Origin: Candidatus Binatia bacterium
GTDB lineage: Bacteria; Desulfobacterota; Binatia; UBA9968; CAXXLF01
Direction of reading: 5' to 3'
DNA: 64,000 nt
Assembly (NCBI GenBank): GCA_963664015.2
Contig: CAXXLF010000002.1
Location: forward strand, 1,472,001-1,536,000
In this document: positions 19,777-30,224 of the stretch, piece after piece
Layout: the number at the start of each line of letters is the position of its first letter
How positions within the stretch are numbered: the stretch's first letter is position 1
The notes under the pieces: model-generated
What the model was told of the DNA's origin: nothing
Database searches by the model: none
What the model saw: only the letters and a program-made list of their open reading frames with translations
Translations under genes and position numbers: made by a program

Positions 19777-20841
19777 ATGGGAGAAATGTTAGGAATTGGC
19801 ACCAGCCACTATCCAGGTCCAATAGTTCCCGATAGCTACATGGCTGCATTTTTGCGCCGCACCCTGGAAAGCCCCCGTGTTCCTGATCACCTGAAGAAAG
19901 TGGAGAGCTGGCCGCGTTCCATGCAGTTGGAGTGGGGCAACGACGGGGGGACCCAAGCGGCGGGTCAGCATCGAGAGCGAATCGTCGGTGCGTTTCGAAA
20001 GATTCGCACGGAAATCGAAGCGTTCAAGCCCGATTTCATCCTCATCTGGGGTGATGACCAGTATGAGAATTTTCGTGAAGATATCATACCGCCATTTTGT
20101 GCCTATATATTCGAACAGGCCCAGTACACGCCCCTGGCCGGAATAGATAAGTGGGCCCGTACGACCCAGAATGTATGGGATGAGTCCCCCGACAAGATCT
20201 TTAACGTAAGAGGCCATGTCCCCGGCGGACGATACCTGGTAAGCCGGCTGCTCGAAGAGGATTTTGATCTTCCCTACGCCTACACTCTGCGTTATGCTCG
20301 CGGACTCGCCCATTCCTTCAGCCAAACGCTTCTCTATTTGGACTATGACAGGCAGGGCTTCGACTATTGTTTGGTCCCGTTTCACGTGAACTGCTACGGA
20401 AGCTCGGTCATACGCAGTCGAGGTGGAGGTGCGCCCCTGACATCGGAAGGGAAAGACGGGCCGGATCCCCCGGCCCCATCTCCCAGGAGGTGCTTTGATA
20501 TAGGGAGAGCGGTTGGCCGTGCGCTTAAAGAGAGTCCCTGGCGGGTAGTCCTTATGGCCTCATCCAGTTGGTCTCATGCCTTCCTCACTGAGAAGAACCA
20601 CTGGTTGTATCCGGACATGGAAGCAGATCGGAAGCGGTTTGAGGAGCTGAGAGACGGAGGCCACAGCTCGTGGCGGGGACTCAGTCTTTCACAGATCGAA
20701 GCGTCGGGTCAAAACGAGATATTGAATTGGGTATGCCTGGCAGGGGCAATGACCGAGTTGAACCACCGGATCGAAGTCATCGACTATGTGGAGAGTCACG
20801 TCTTCAACTCCAATAAGTGTTTCACCGTGTCCCGGCCCTAG
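19777..20841 (+). CDS. LigB/MhpB-type (class III) extradiol ring-cleavage dioxygenase-like protein
   Basis: GIGTSHYP, PDFILIWGDDQYENF, GLAHSF, SSSWSH, EILNW; paralog of 54351-55439. Confidence 0.85.
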   Translation: MGEMLGIGTSHYPGPIVPDSYMAAFLRRTLESPRVPDHLKKVESWPRSMQLEWGNDGGTQAAGQHRERIVGAFRKIRTEIEAFKPDFILIWGDDQYENFREDIIPPFCAYIFEQAQYTPLAGIDKWARTTQNVWDESPDKIFNVRGHVPGGRYLVSRLLEEDFDLPYAYTLRYARGLAHSFSQTLLYLDYDRQGFDYCLVPFHVNCYGSSVIRSRGGGAPLTSEGKDGPDPPAPSPRRCFDIGRAVGRALKESPWRVVLMASSSWSHAFLTEKNHWLYPDMEADRKRFEELRDGGHSSWRGLSLSQIEASGQNEILNWVCLAGAMTELNHRIEVIDYVESHVFNSNKCFTVSRP

Positions 20842-20979
20842 GCGGTTAGTAGATCTTCTCTGAACTTGGCGCCCTTCGCGTCTTTGCGCGAGCTATCTTT
20901 TTCCGTAATTCTACGATTAAGAATTCTAATCGCTTTGCCTTTTGCCTTTTTACTTTTCCCTTTTAACTTGCGCAGCGCT

Positions 20980-21537
20980 ATACGCTACGCTGCTATCATC
21001 GCCATAAGCCTGCTTGCATTATTATGGGTCGCACCCCCTGCTGGGGCGAGCCAGACTGACGAGCGACTGGATACCATTTTCGATCGCATTAAGACCACCG
21101 ACAACAACGCTGAAGGCGCAGCCCTCGCCGAGTTGATCTGGGAGATTTGGCTCCAGTCCGACAATGACATCGTCAACGATCTCATGTCCAAGGGCATCGA
21201 GGAGATGTCAGTCCGGAATTACAAGGCAGCCTTGACTGCCTTCAACAAAATGGGGGAGATTGACCCTGAATTCGCCGAAGGCTGGAACAAGCGGGCGACA
21301 GTGTATTATTTGATGGAAAATTACAGAGCCTCAATGCGCGATATCGAACGGACTCTAACCCTTGAGCCACGCCATTTTGGGGCGCTCTCGGGTCTGGGTT
21401 TGATCTTTTTGGCCATCGGTAACGATGGGGCTGCACTTAAGGCCTTCGAAGCGGCCCTTGAGGTCAACCCACACATGCCTGGCCCGCGAGCGTACGTAGA
21501 GGAACTGCGCCAACGCTTTCGCAAAAAATCGTTCTGA
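20980..21537 (+). CDS. Secreted tetratricopeptide repeat protein (start uncertain)
   Basis: Signal-peptide-like RYAAIIAISLLALLWVAPPAGA, then TPRs (PEFAEGWNKRATV, EPRHFGALSGLG). The upstream part of the predicted ORF is repeat sequence. Confidence 0.75.
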   Translation: MRYAAIIAISLLALLWVAPPAGASQTDERLDTIFDRIKTTDNNAEGAALAELIWEIWLQSDNDIVNDLMSKGIEEMSVRNYKAALTAFNKMGEIDPEFAEGWNKRATVYYLMENYRASMRDIERTLTLEPRHFGALSGLGLIFLAIGNDGAALKAFEAALEVNPHMPGPRAYVEELRQRFRKKSF

Positions 21538-21613
21538 GAAGAATATAATTTGTTTTGCAGGAAAGGAGTGAACAAGGACGCGGGAGCAAAAAGAGCTGCG
21601 TCCCCTTTTATTC

Positions 21614-22840
21614 ATGCTAACGAAATCCGAAAACTACCTCCTGACCCAAACCGGTCCCGGCACGCCCATGGGAAAGGTGATGCGGCGTTCCTGGCAGCCC
21701 ATTGCTAAGACCGACGAGCTCGCGGCAGGCGCAGCGCCCAAGACCTTCAAGGTTTTGGGGGAGGACCTCGTCCTCTTCCGCGACGACCGCGGACGTCCGG
21801 GTCTTCTGGGCCTCCACTGCTCTCATCGCCGGACGGACTTGAGCTACGGGAGAGTCGAAGACGGGGGGCTTCGCTGCATCTATCATGGCTGGCTCTACGA
21901 CGTTCACGGCCGCTGCTTGGACCAGCCCGGGGAGACAGAGGGAGGGACGAACCGTGAGTCCTTCCGCCATCCCGCCTACCCATGCGTGGAAGCCGCCGGT
22001 CTTATCTTCGGCTACCTCGGACCGGGCGATCCGCCCCTCCTCCCCGCCTATGAGTCGCTTTCTGCTTCCCGGAACCATATCGGGATCAGGAAATACTATC
22101 AGGAGTGTAACTACCTCCAGGGGAACGAAGGCAACATCGACCCGGTTCACCCCTCGTTCCTCCACCGCCAGTTTGATGGGAACGAGGGATCCGACCAGAG
22201 GCAGGGCTCGGGCGTCCGCGGCTCGGACGCAACCCCCGACGTTCTTTACGCTCGGGACACGGCACCGACCCTCGAGACCGAGCTCGCCGATTTCGGCGTC
22301 CGAATCTATACCATCCGGAAAGCCGGTCCGGATCAGATTTACCTTCGCGTCACCAATTTCATCCTGCCCAACCTTTGCGCCGTCCCCGGGGAGACCGGAG
22401 GAGACGGGTACAACATGAATTGGCATGTGCCCATCGACGACACTCACCATTGGAAATATATACTGACCTACCGACGGAGCGGGCCCGTGGACCAGGATGT
22501 TTTTACCAAGCTAAGTGCCGCGCAGATCACGGGCGATTTCCGCCTTAAAAAAAATCTCGCCAACCGTTACCTTCAGGATCGGGAGGAAATGAAGACAAAG
22601 ACCTTTAGCGGCATGGGACCCGTCTTTCCCGTACACGACGCCTACGCGACGGAAAGCCAGGGCCCAATCCAGGATCGCACGGAGGAGCACCTCGTCTCCT
22701 CGGATCAGGCCATCATCGCCTCGCGAAAGCTCTTACTCAAAGCGGCCGCCGATCTTGGGGAGGGAAGGGAGCCGGAGCATGTCCTCCGGGAATTGGATAT
22801 TGTTCTCCTTAAACGAATGAGGGGTGGTCCGTTTGCCTGA
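21614..22840 (+). CDS. Rieske non-heme iron oxygenase alpha subunit (phthalate 4,5-dioxygenase-like)
   Basis: LTQTGPGTPMG, CSHR...CIYHGW Rieske site, EGNIDPVHPSFLH, D..ATESQG; the extreme C-terminus may be truncated. Confidence 0.9.
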   Translation: MLTKSENYLLTQTGPGTPMGKVMRRSWQPIAKTDELAAGAAPKTFKVLGEDLVLFRDDRGRPGLLGLHCSHRRTDLSYGRVEDGGLRCIYHGWLYDVHGRCLDQPGETEGGTNRESFRHPAYPCVEAAGLIFGYLGPGDPPLLPAYESLSASRNHIGIRKYYQECNYLQGNEGNIDPVHPSFLHRQFDGNEGSDQRQGSGVRGSDATPDVLYARDTAPTLETELADFGVRIYTIRKAGPDQIYLRVTNFILPNLCAVPGETGGDGYNMNWHVPIDDTHHWKYILTYRRSGPVDQDVFTKLSAAQITGDFRLKKNLANRYLQDREEMKTKTFSGMGPVFPVHDAYATESQGPIQDRTEEHLVSSDQAIIASRKLLLKAAADLGEGREPEHVLRELDIVLLKRMRGGPFA

Positions 22841-22890
22841 CGGCAACCGCCTGGCCACCCCTCAAAAGCAACGTCCTGAAAATTTAAACG

Positions 22891-24025
22891 CTATTTCTTT
22901 TTACCAGCCGCTTTAGCTACGTCGGCTCTCCCTTTAGTGACGAGCTTCTTAAGCCCGCGCCCATCCCTGTATTGGGGTAGGCTGGCAACCAAATACCCCC
23001 CCCGGGGTTGGCGACAGGGCACTGATCGCTGATCATATCCTTGGGAATATCCATGCGCATGGAGTTGTGTTCCGAATTATTCTGCCATGCCAGTTGACCG
23101 TCTTTGGATATCATCCAGTTTGCGAAGACCTTCGCCGCGTTGGGATGGGGGCGCCGGTTCATCACCGCGACGTACTCCCCTCCCCCCCGGAGAGATGCCC
23201 CTCGGTCTTGGGTGCACGATAGACGTCAACGGGCAAACGCTGTTTTTTGGCAGTCTGAACCTCCGCGTTCCTGGCTCCAATGTATAGCTCATAGCTACCC
23301 TTGGCGATCCAGTCGATCATCAGCCTGATGTCTCTCCCAACAGTAACGTCCATCTCCCTGAACAATCGCTGGATGAATTCCGGGCCAAGGCTCTTGTTGT
23401 AGTAGATGCCCTTCCACGTCCCCAACTGGCCTCGGCTCATGGGATCAAAGACCACCATCTTACCGCGCCGCTTGGGATTGAGAAGGTCTTTGATGGTCTT
23501 AAGCTCACCGGGCTTGTGCCTCTTGGTGTTATAGAGTGCGATCGTGGAGGTAACGGTCCATTCCATATTAAACAGGGGGGGGGTTGGATCCGCGTACAGG
23601 TGTTTTTTACCGAACCAGACCGACTGGTCCCTGTTCTCCGGTAAGATCAACACCGGTGGAAACGGATCAAAGAAACCCTTCCCGGCCAGGATGCCACCCG
23701 TTCCGGAACCGTTAATAAAAATATCCGCGATGAATTTTCCCGCGCGGGGTTCGGCACCGAGCCGGTTGGCGTGTTGGCCCCCGGTACCCACGACAGAGAC
23801 CATCTTGATCTTGGGATACACGCGTTTAAATGATTCGATGGCGTTGATGTACTCGGTCCCCGGCGGTCCATAGACCTTGACGTTTTCCTCTTACCGTGCC
23901 GCGGCCAGGGTTTTTTCCCAGTCGGCCTTCCAGTCCGCTTGTACCGGCCTATTAAACGACAGCAACAAGGGACTTAAAAGAGTGCAGAATATGAGTTAAC
24001 ATTTCAGACGATTAAGCATTTTCAT
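22891..24025 (-). pseudogene. Decayed ABC substrate-binding protein, paralog of 31630-32757
   Basis: ADWKADWEK, YPKIKM, RLGAE..AGKF, HPNAAKVFANW pieces spread over several frames with stops. Confidence 0.88.
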
Positions 24026-24065
24026 TACCTCCTCAGATTACAGGATCATTATTGAGGACCGGCGT

Positions 24066-24094
24066 AGCCTATTGAGAATGAGGGACACTGTCAA
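24066..24094 (-). promoter_or_regulatory. Sigma70-type promoter of the decayed SBP gene
   Basis: TTGACA-N17-TAGGCT on the minus strand; spacer resembles the promoter at 31559. Confidence 0.55.
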
Positions 24095-24445
24095 ATCCCA
24101 AAATACCGACCAGATTGGGGGTCAGGTCATGCAATACGACAATATAGAGATATCTCCCACCGCAACGGGGCCAGGCTGAGCTGACCCAATTGACGATTAT
24201 GCGAACTAGGTACTGATCTAGTACATCGGGTTGACATAACATCCCGTTATCGAATACTCTGCCCCCCATAAATAGAGGTCTGAAGCTGGTCGCCCTTTCT
24301 GGCTCTTAAAAGCAATGTTGGCAGGCGATGGTAGGGGGGAGTTCTTGAGTTCTCAGTAGGCGGCCCTTTAAAGCGAGTTTCTATCATTTCAAATCCGGAT
24401 GCATGAGTCCGCGAGGATGCACTGCAGACGCTGAGAGGGGGAATC

Positions 24446-25507
24446 ATGCTAAACATGATTGAACAGGTGAGTTCCGACACGCAGATGAAAGATTTCGAGG
24501 CTCACGTGACGGCGCTCGAGGCGGACTTGGAGTACTGGAGGGCGAAACGCTGCGAGCCGCATGTGCTGCACTTCGTGCGGCGCAACTTCTTACCGCTGCA
24601 CGCGCTGTTCGCGACGGCCGCGAGAATGGGGACCGATGGAGCGGGTAAGCCCATCTTCATCCGATCTGACGGGAAAACCGGCGAAGAGGAGCACAACCAT
24701 GAACACGACCACAAGCACGAGGAGCTCGAGGAGCGCATCCGAAGCCTAGAGGATCGGCTGGACGACTACGTGCGGGCTATCGCGCTCTCAGCCACGGACC
24801 CAGGCAAAGTGGACTTCGTGATCGACGACTCGCGCAAAGAGAGCGGGGCCTACGACCCCTTCTTCAAGCTCACCAAGCGCGCGCACGGGGGCTCCTTGGA
24901 GGAGCGGATTGCACAGCTCGACCGAGAGCTCAAGCAGAACATGCAGGTGCTGGAGACGTTCACCCGCTGCCTGATGGAGAACGGGCTGCTCACCGAGGAG
25001 ACGATAGCGAAGCGGCGCGCCCAGCAGGAGAACAACGGGGCCAAGAACGGCGCGAGGGTCGTGGCGCGGGCGTGGGTTGATCCGGATTTCAAAGAGAGGC
25101 TGATAGCTAACGGTCGGGAGGCGATGCGGGAGCTGGACATCCCGCCGGGCCTGCTGGCGAAGCTGGGGGTAGCGGAGAACACCGACTCGGTGCACAACGT
25201 GGTGGTGTGCACGCTCTGCTCCTGCTACCCGCGCGCCCTGGCCGGTGACCCGCCTTGGTGGTACCGGCACGACAGCTACAAGCAGCAGATCGTGCAGGAC
25301 CCGAGAGGATTGCTGGGGAAGATGTTCGGGCTAAAGGTTCCGGAGGAGGTGACGATCCAGGTGCACGACAGCACGGCGGATCTGCGTTGGATAGTTCTGC
25401 CGCAGCGTCCGGCCGGGACAGAGGGGTGGAGTGAGGAGGAACTGGCGGAGCTGGTAACCATTGAGAGTATGGTCGGGGTGAGTAAGCCGGTCATAAGACG
25501 TGAGTAA
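24446..25507 (+). CDS. Cobalt-type nitrile hydratase alpha / thiocyanate hydrolase gamma-like subunit with a long N-terminal fusion
   Basis: NGARVVARAWVDPDFK, VVCTLCSCYPR, VHDSTADLRWIVLPQRPAGTEGW; about 150 extra N-terminal residues including HNHEHDHKH. Confidence 0.9.
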   Translation: MLNMIEQVSSDTQMKDFEAHVTALEADLEYWRAKRCEPHVLHFVRRNFLPLHALFATAARMGTDGAGKPIFIRSDGKTGEEEHNHEHDHKHEELEERIRSLEDRLDDYVRAIALSATDPGKVDFVIDDSRKESGAYDPFFKLTKRAHGGSLEERIAQLDRELKQNMQVLETFTRCLMENGLLTEETIAKRRAQQENNGAKNGARVVARAWVDPDFKERLIANGREAMRELDIPPGLLAKLGVAENTDSVHNVVVCTLCSCYPRALAGDPPWWYRHDSYKQQIVQDPRGLLGKMFGLKVPEEVTIQVHDSTADLRWIVLPQRPAGTEGWSEEELAELVTIESMVGVSKPVIRRE

Positions 25508-25511
25508 GCGA

Positions 25512-25829
25512 ATGAGTAGCGAGCCCAAGAACACACCCTGGTCGGGGCCGGGCGCGAGGAAGGAGGGTCTGGAACACCGGTTCAAGGCGGGCGAGCGAGT
25601 GCGAGTGCGGATGAGCAGCACGGGGGCCAACCCGCGCACGCCCACATATTTACTTGGCAAGACGGGCATGATAGCGGAGCTCCACGGGGCGACGTACGCT
25701 CCGCACGATCACCGAGGGGTCTACCCCTACCTGTACACAGTGGCGTTCGACGTGAGCGAGATCAGCGGCAAGGCGTCGAAGGACAAGATCCTGGTGGACC
25801 TGACCGAGGAGTGGCTGGAGCCGGTGTAA
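25512..25829 (+). CDS. Nitrile hydratase beta C-terminal SH3-like domain protein (thiocyanate hydrolase alpha-like)
   Basis: RFKAGERVRV, PRTPTYLLGKTG, LYTVAF, VDLTEEWLEP; directly follows the alpha-like gene (alternative GTG start at 25500). Confidence 0.88.
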   Translation: MSSEPKNTPWSGPGARKEGLEHRFKAGERVRVRMSSTGANPRTPTYLLGKTGMIAELHGATYAPHDHRGVYPYLYTVAFDVSEISGKASKDKILVDLTEEWLEPV

Positions 25830-26182
25830 GCCGCACTGCCTACCGCTTGTGAAGTGAAGGGGTCTGAAGGGGTCAAGTCTTTTGTTGACAAATAGGCTCA
25901 CGGAATGAGCTGTCAGCTATCAGCTAAAAAGAAAGCAAAGAGCAGAGGGTTAAGAATACTTAACCGCAGATTTTCGCAGATTAACGCAGAAAAAGATTCA
26001 CCGCAGAGCCGTCCCTCGAGGCTGCTCGGGACCCTGAGCCTGTCGAAGGGCAGAGAGCGCAGAGAACTCATATTTTGTTTGTCGAGAGACGGCGACAAAC
26101 AAAAGCATCTCCATTGCGGACAATAGCCTGACTTAATACCCGAGAACTCTCAACTGAGCGTATCGATCACCCAGACCTGGCT

Positions 26183-26800
26183 CTAAAAGGGGCCCCATGC
26201 CCGCTGGACGGCGGGGCGCGCGGCGATGGCATCGTGCCAGCGCCTCAGGTTCGGCCAGTCGTCGAGACCGACGCCGTATGAATCGTGCAGGTGCACGTCG
26301 GGGTAGCAGGAGATATCAGCGACGGAATATTCGCCTGCTAGATACGCATTGCCGGCTAACCGCTTGTCGAGAATGCCGCACATGTCGCGATACTGATCTG
26401 CGTAATGTTTCTTGGCCGGTGGTACGTCTTCGCCGAAGCGGTTCATAAACAGGCCTAGTTGCTGAGCGTGGGAGGTGAAGGTCGCGGACCCGTAGAACAG
26501 CCATTGATCGACGATGACCCGCCGCACCAGATCTTTGGGGTAAAGTTCACTGCCCGATTTTTCCGCCAGGTATTTGAGGATGGCGCCGGATTCACAAAGC
26601 GTCACCCGCATTCCACCCGGACCGTTGTCGTCCACCAGCGCAGGAATTTTGTGGCCCGGACTGATTTTCATAAACTCCAGCGAAAACTGCTCGCGCTTGC
26701 GGATTTCCACTGGTTTGAGCCTGTGCTCGAGTCCGATTTCCTCGATCGCCTGGCGCGCCTTGTAACCGTTGTCAGTTTTCCATAAATAGAGATCAATCAT
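26183..26800 (-). CDS. Glutathione S-transferase, YfcG/YghU-like
   Basis: MIDLYLWKTDNG, ISPGHKIPAL, ESGAILKYLAEK, YSVADI, RPAVQRA; GGAGG RBS. Confidence 0.9.
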   Translation of the reverse strand: MIDLYLWKTDNGYKARQAIEEIGLEHRLKPVEIRKREQFSLEFMKISPGHKIPALVDDNGPGGMRVTLCESGAILKYLAEKSGSELYPKDLVRRVIVDQWLFYGSATFTSHAQQLGLFMNRFGEDVPPAKKHYADQYRDMCGILDKRLAGNAYLAGEYSVADISCYPDVHLHDSYGVGLDDWPNLRRWHDAIAARPAVQRAWGPF

Positions 26801-26899
26801 CACTGCCTCCCGGTTATGGTTCCGTTTAAATAATGGAATTCGCGTTTGAATGTTAGCAGCGGACAATATCCGATGACGGGGTAGGATGTCAATTGAAGG

Positions 26900-27145
26900 G
26901 GGCAAGGGGAAAGTAAAAAGGGTGGCAAGGCAGAGAGAGCGACAGGGACAGAGAGCAGAGGTCGGAGATCAGAGGTCAGAAACCAGGGGAGAAGGCAAAA
27001 CGAGATTGGCTATCAGCCGTCAGCATTCAGCTATCAGGAGAATACCAGGGACAACGGACTACTGACCACAAGACGACGGACAGACGGAGAGAGACAGACA
27101 AAAGCAAAGCGGTAAGCGTGCTGAGTAATGAGTGCTTGGAAAAGT
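26900..27145. repeat. Purine-rich mosaic repeat tract
   Basis: gaaagtaaaaagg, gagcagaggtcggagatcagaggtcaga, ctatcagccgtcagc, gacaacggactac, tgctgagtaatgagtgct modules. Confidence 0.65.
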
Positions 27146-27209
27146 GTCAAGCGTTAAGCGAATTCGGAAGGTTCTAAAAAGCGAGGAGTAACAATGAGGG
27201 GACGTGAAA

Positions 27210-27239
27210 TTGACAAGGCAGTCCTAACCCGCATAAGAT
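27210..27239 (+). promoter_or_regulatory. Sigma70-type promoter
   Basis: TTGACA-N18-TAAGAT upstream of the cupin gene. Confidence 0.5.
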
Positions 27240-27346
27240 AACTCCGGTTTCAGGGGCAGACGTAGTACGTTTGCGAATCAGCTGGTATCTAGCACCGTGA
27301 CAAGGTAACAGGACGCCGGTGGGTTTTGTTTTTTATGGAGGGAAAC

Positions 27347-28456
27347 GTGGCAACCGTTCAGTCCGAAACACCATCAAGAGGCCGGCAACTTCCTTATGAT
27401 GCCTGGGTACACACCCTTGGAATCCCTATCTACGGGGGGCACTCCGTAGAGGCTTCCCTTACCTTGGAGCTTGGATGGTGGGAGTCACGTGGGTGAAATG
27501 CGGCCATCATCAGCCTCGCGGGACAGAAGGGGGTGAGCGAGGCACGGATCACTGAGGTTCCGCCAGCCGGGACGCTGCCCGCACAGAGGTACGCCTTTGC
27601 GGAGGTGGTGTACGTGCTGAACGGACACGGGATGACGACCGTGTGGGACGACCACGGCGGTCGGAGGACTTTCGAGTGGCAGCCACGGAGCCTCTTCTGC
27701 CTTCCCCGCCACTGTCACCACCAAATAGCGAATGCGAGAGGCGACCGCTCCGCACGACTTCTGAATTACAACTACTTGCCGATGGCCATGTCGGCTATTC
27801 CGGAGCCTGAATTCTTCTTCGACAACCCTTTTGCAGTGGCGAGCCCCTTAGTCGACCTGGAAGAATCCTTCTCCGAGGCGAAAGTGCTTGTGGACCCGGA
27901 CGAGGAAGGGGGCCGCTGGCGTGGCGACAGGGCGGTCTGGATCGGCAATTTCTTTCCGGACATGCAGACCTGGAACAAGCTCATCCCCTTCCACGGGCGC
28001 GGCGCTGGAGGCCGAGTGGTTTGTATTCAGTTTCCACGTGCGGGAATGGGAGCCCACATGTCCGTGTTCAATTCCCAAAAGTACAAGAATGGTCACAAGC
28101 ACGGTCCTGGCCGGGTCATCGTCATTCCTAAAGGGGAGGGGTCCTCCGTCCTGTGGCCAGAAGGCGGCGAGAAGATCGTCTGTCCTTGGAATGAGGCCAC
28201 GATTTTTGTCCCTCCAGAAAACTGGCACCACCAGCACTTCAACGTGGGCAGCGGGGAAGCGCGCTACCTGGCTCTTAGCCTGGCGCCCCAATTCCGAGGA
28301 ACCAACTATCGACATTAGTTCGAGTATCCAGACGAGGATCCCTGGATCCGCGCGAAGTTTTCGTCCGAACTGGTCAAACACGGGCTCAAGAGTCTCATGC
28401 CCGACAAATGTTATGAAGACAGGGATTTCGAGTGGGATTACGGTGACGATGACTAA
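27347..28456 (+). pseudogene. Bicupin (gentisate 1,2-dioxygenase-like) with two in-frame stops
   Basis: One frame from GTG 27347 to TAA 28456, interrupted by TGA 27494-27496 and TAG 28316-28318; EVVYVLNGHG, HKHGPG, WHHQHFN, EYPDEDP. Confidence 0.85.
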
Positions 28457-28670
28457 GGATTTGGAGTCAAGTCTGCTCTTGGCTCTTTAGCTAGCAAGTT
28501 CGGTCGGTTTGTCATGGAGGTCAGGTCTTGTCATGGAGGATAGAAAGCAAAGGCAAGAATTTATGATTCCAAGACTCGACCCTCTTCCCTTAGTATTATC
28601 TTGCCGATGAAAAATAGCGGAGAGGGCAGGACGCCTCTTACGGGAGCCCCCCATCTGAGGAGAAAGTGGT

Positions 28671-29394
28671 ATGGGAGAGAAAAGCACAATGCCATTGATT
28701 ATTGGTATTATCATTGCGGTTCTAGCTGCAGGGGGTGGTGCCGTCACATGGATTGAGTATTTCACCGCAAAACCTGAGAACGCAGACGTGCTAACGTGGG
28801 AATCTCTTCAGTCTGATTATCTTGAATCTTTCGACGTTGCATACACAGATCCAAGAATGAAGTCCACATCGCCAACCTTTAGGGATGCTCAATGGACAGG
28901 CTGGACCAGTGACGGGAATTATTGCTACTCCAGCAATAGTGATAAAAACAGCGCTCAGTATCATTACGCTGGGGTAGGCGAAAGGGACATTTACAACACA
29001 CCTGCCTCAGTCGAAGTAAAAACTAAGAATCTCTCGAATAGCACACCAATATCTGCTGGTGGATTATTGTACCGCTTCGATAAGTCAAGGTCATATTACT
29101 ACGCATTTACCATTACCAATCAAGGAGGTGGTCTACTTTTATAAGAAAAATAAGGATGGTTGCAACGTCGTTTATACTGGAAGGTCAAAGTTATTTGTAG
29201 CGAACAACTCTAACAAGCTTGCGATAATCGGCGAAGGTAGTTCTCTTCATTCGTACATAAACGATTCTCTTGAAAAAATTGTTGAGGGCGAGGAGTTAAA
29301 GCTCGGCGATTCGGGCATTATCGGTATTGGGATTGGACAAAACTGTTTTGACAACTTTACGTTTCCCAAAGACATAGACAAGCTGCCCAGTTAG
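28671..29394 (+). pseudogene. AT-rich membrane-anchored beta-sandwich (concanavalin/LamG-like) protein, frameshifted near 29125
   Basis: N-terminal TM helix; GLLYRF..YYAFTI; second frame continues NKLAIIGEG..YIND..GDSGI..FDNF; visibly lower GC than neighbours. Confidence 0.55.
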
Positions 29395-29574
29395 CTCGAT
29401 AGAAAAGAGCGTAAAAGGGTCGAATCTGCTCTCGTTTCGCTCCGCTCCCGCTAACAGCTAATTTCGACAGTCGCCCCTCCAGCCTCCTTTAGTTGCGGCT
29501 CTTAGATGGTTTGCACTTACCACACGCTGGTACTAGATTCGCAATGGTTCAATCAAACTCACGAGGAGACGTGA

Positions 29575-30219
29575 ATGGAAATCACTCTTTACTACGCCCC
29601 CAACACCTGCGCACTCGCTCCCTATATCACGCTGACCGAAGCGGGTGCCGATTTCGAGGCGCATGCGCTCAACTTCCGCAAGCGGCAGCATTTCTCGGCC
29701 GAGTATCTGAAGATAAATCCCAAGCACAAGGTGCCAGCGCTCGTGGTCGACGGTAAGATACTGACCGAGAACGTCGCGATGCATCAATGGGTCCATCGCA
29801 CCTTCCCCGACGCAAAGCTCCTGCCCGCCGATCCGTGGGACGAGTTGCAGGCGATCTCGCTGCACGCCTGGTATGCCACCGGCATTCACCCCTACCTGGC
29901 CCGGATCAACAATCCGCCCAAGGTCTGCGACGCAGCGGGCGCGTCCGACAGCATCGTCAAGTTCGCCACTGAAACCCTGTTCGAGAGCTTCCGAATCGCC
30001 GACGAGAAGCTCGCCGGGCATGAGTACTTCTTCGACCATTTCACCGCCCCGGATGCGCATTTTTTTTGGTGTTGTCGCCGCGCCACCCAGTTGGGGGTGG
30101 ACTTGTCAGGCTTCCACAACGTCGGCGAGCATTTCAAGCGCATGCTGGAGCGCCCGAGCGTTAAAAAGCTGCTCGCCTACGACAAAGAAGTGGAGGAACG
30201 GTTCGCCAACATCGGGTAG
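29575..30219 (+). CDS. Glutathione S-transferase family protein
   Basis: LYYAPNTCAL, INPKHKVPAL, LTENVA, RPSVKK. Confidence 0.9.
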   Translation: MEITLYYAPNTCALAPYITLTEAGADFEAHALNFRKRQHFSAEYLKINPKHKVPALVVDGKILTENVAMHQWVHRTFPDAKLLPADPWDELQAISLHAWYATGIHPYLARINNPPKVCDAAGASDSIVKFATETLFESFRIADEKLAGHEYFFDHFTAPDAHFFWCCRRATQLGVDLSGFHNVGEHFKRMLERPSVKKLLAYDKEVEERFANIG

Positions 30220-30224
30220 ACAGA

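Noticed and set aside
16217-25829. Amidase and NHase-like genes as one nitrile-degradation operon
   Set aside because: They are about 7 kb apart on opposite strands with unrelated genes between; a link cannot be supported.
27494-27540. In-frame TGA in the bicupin as selenocysteine
   Set aside because: No convincing SECIS-like hairpin follows, and the gene has a second nonsense codon (TAG 28316); decay is more parsimonious.
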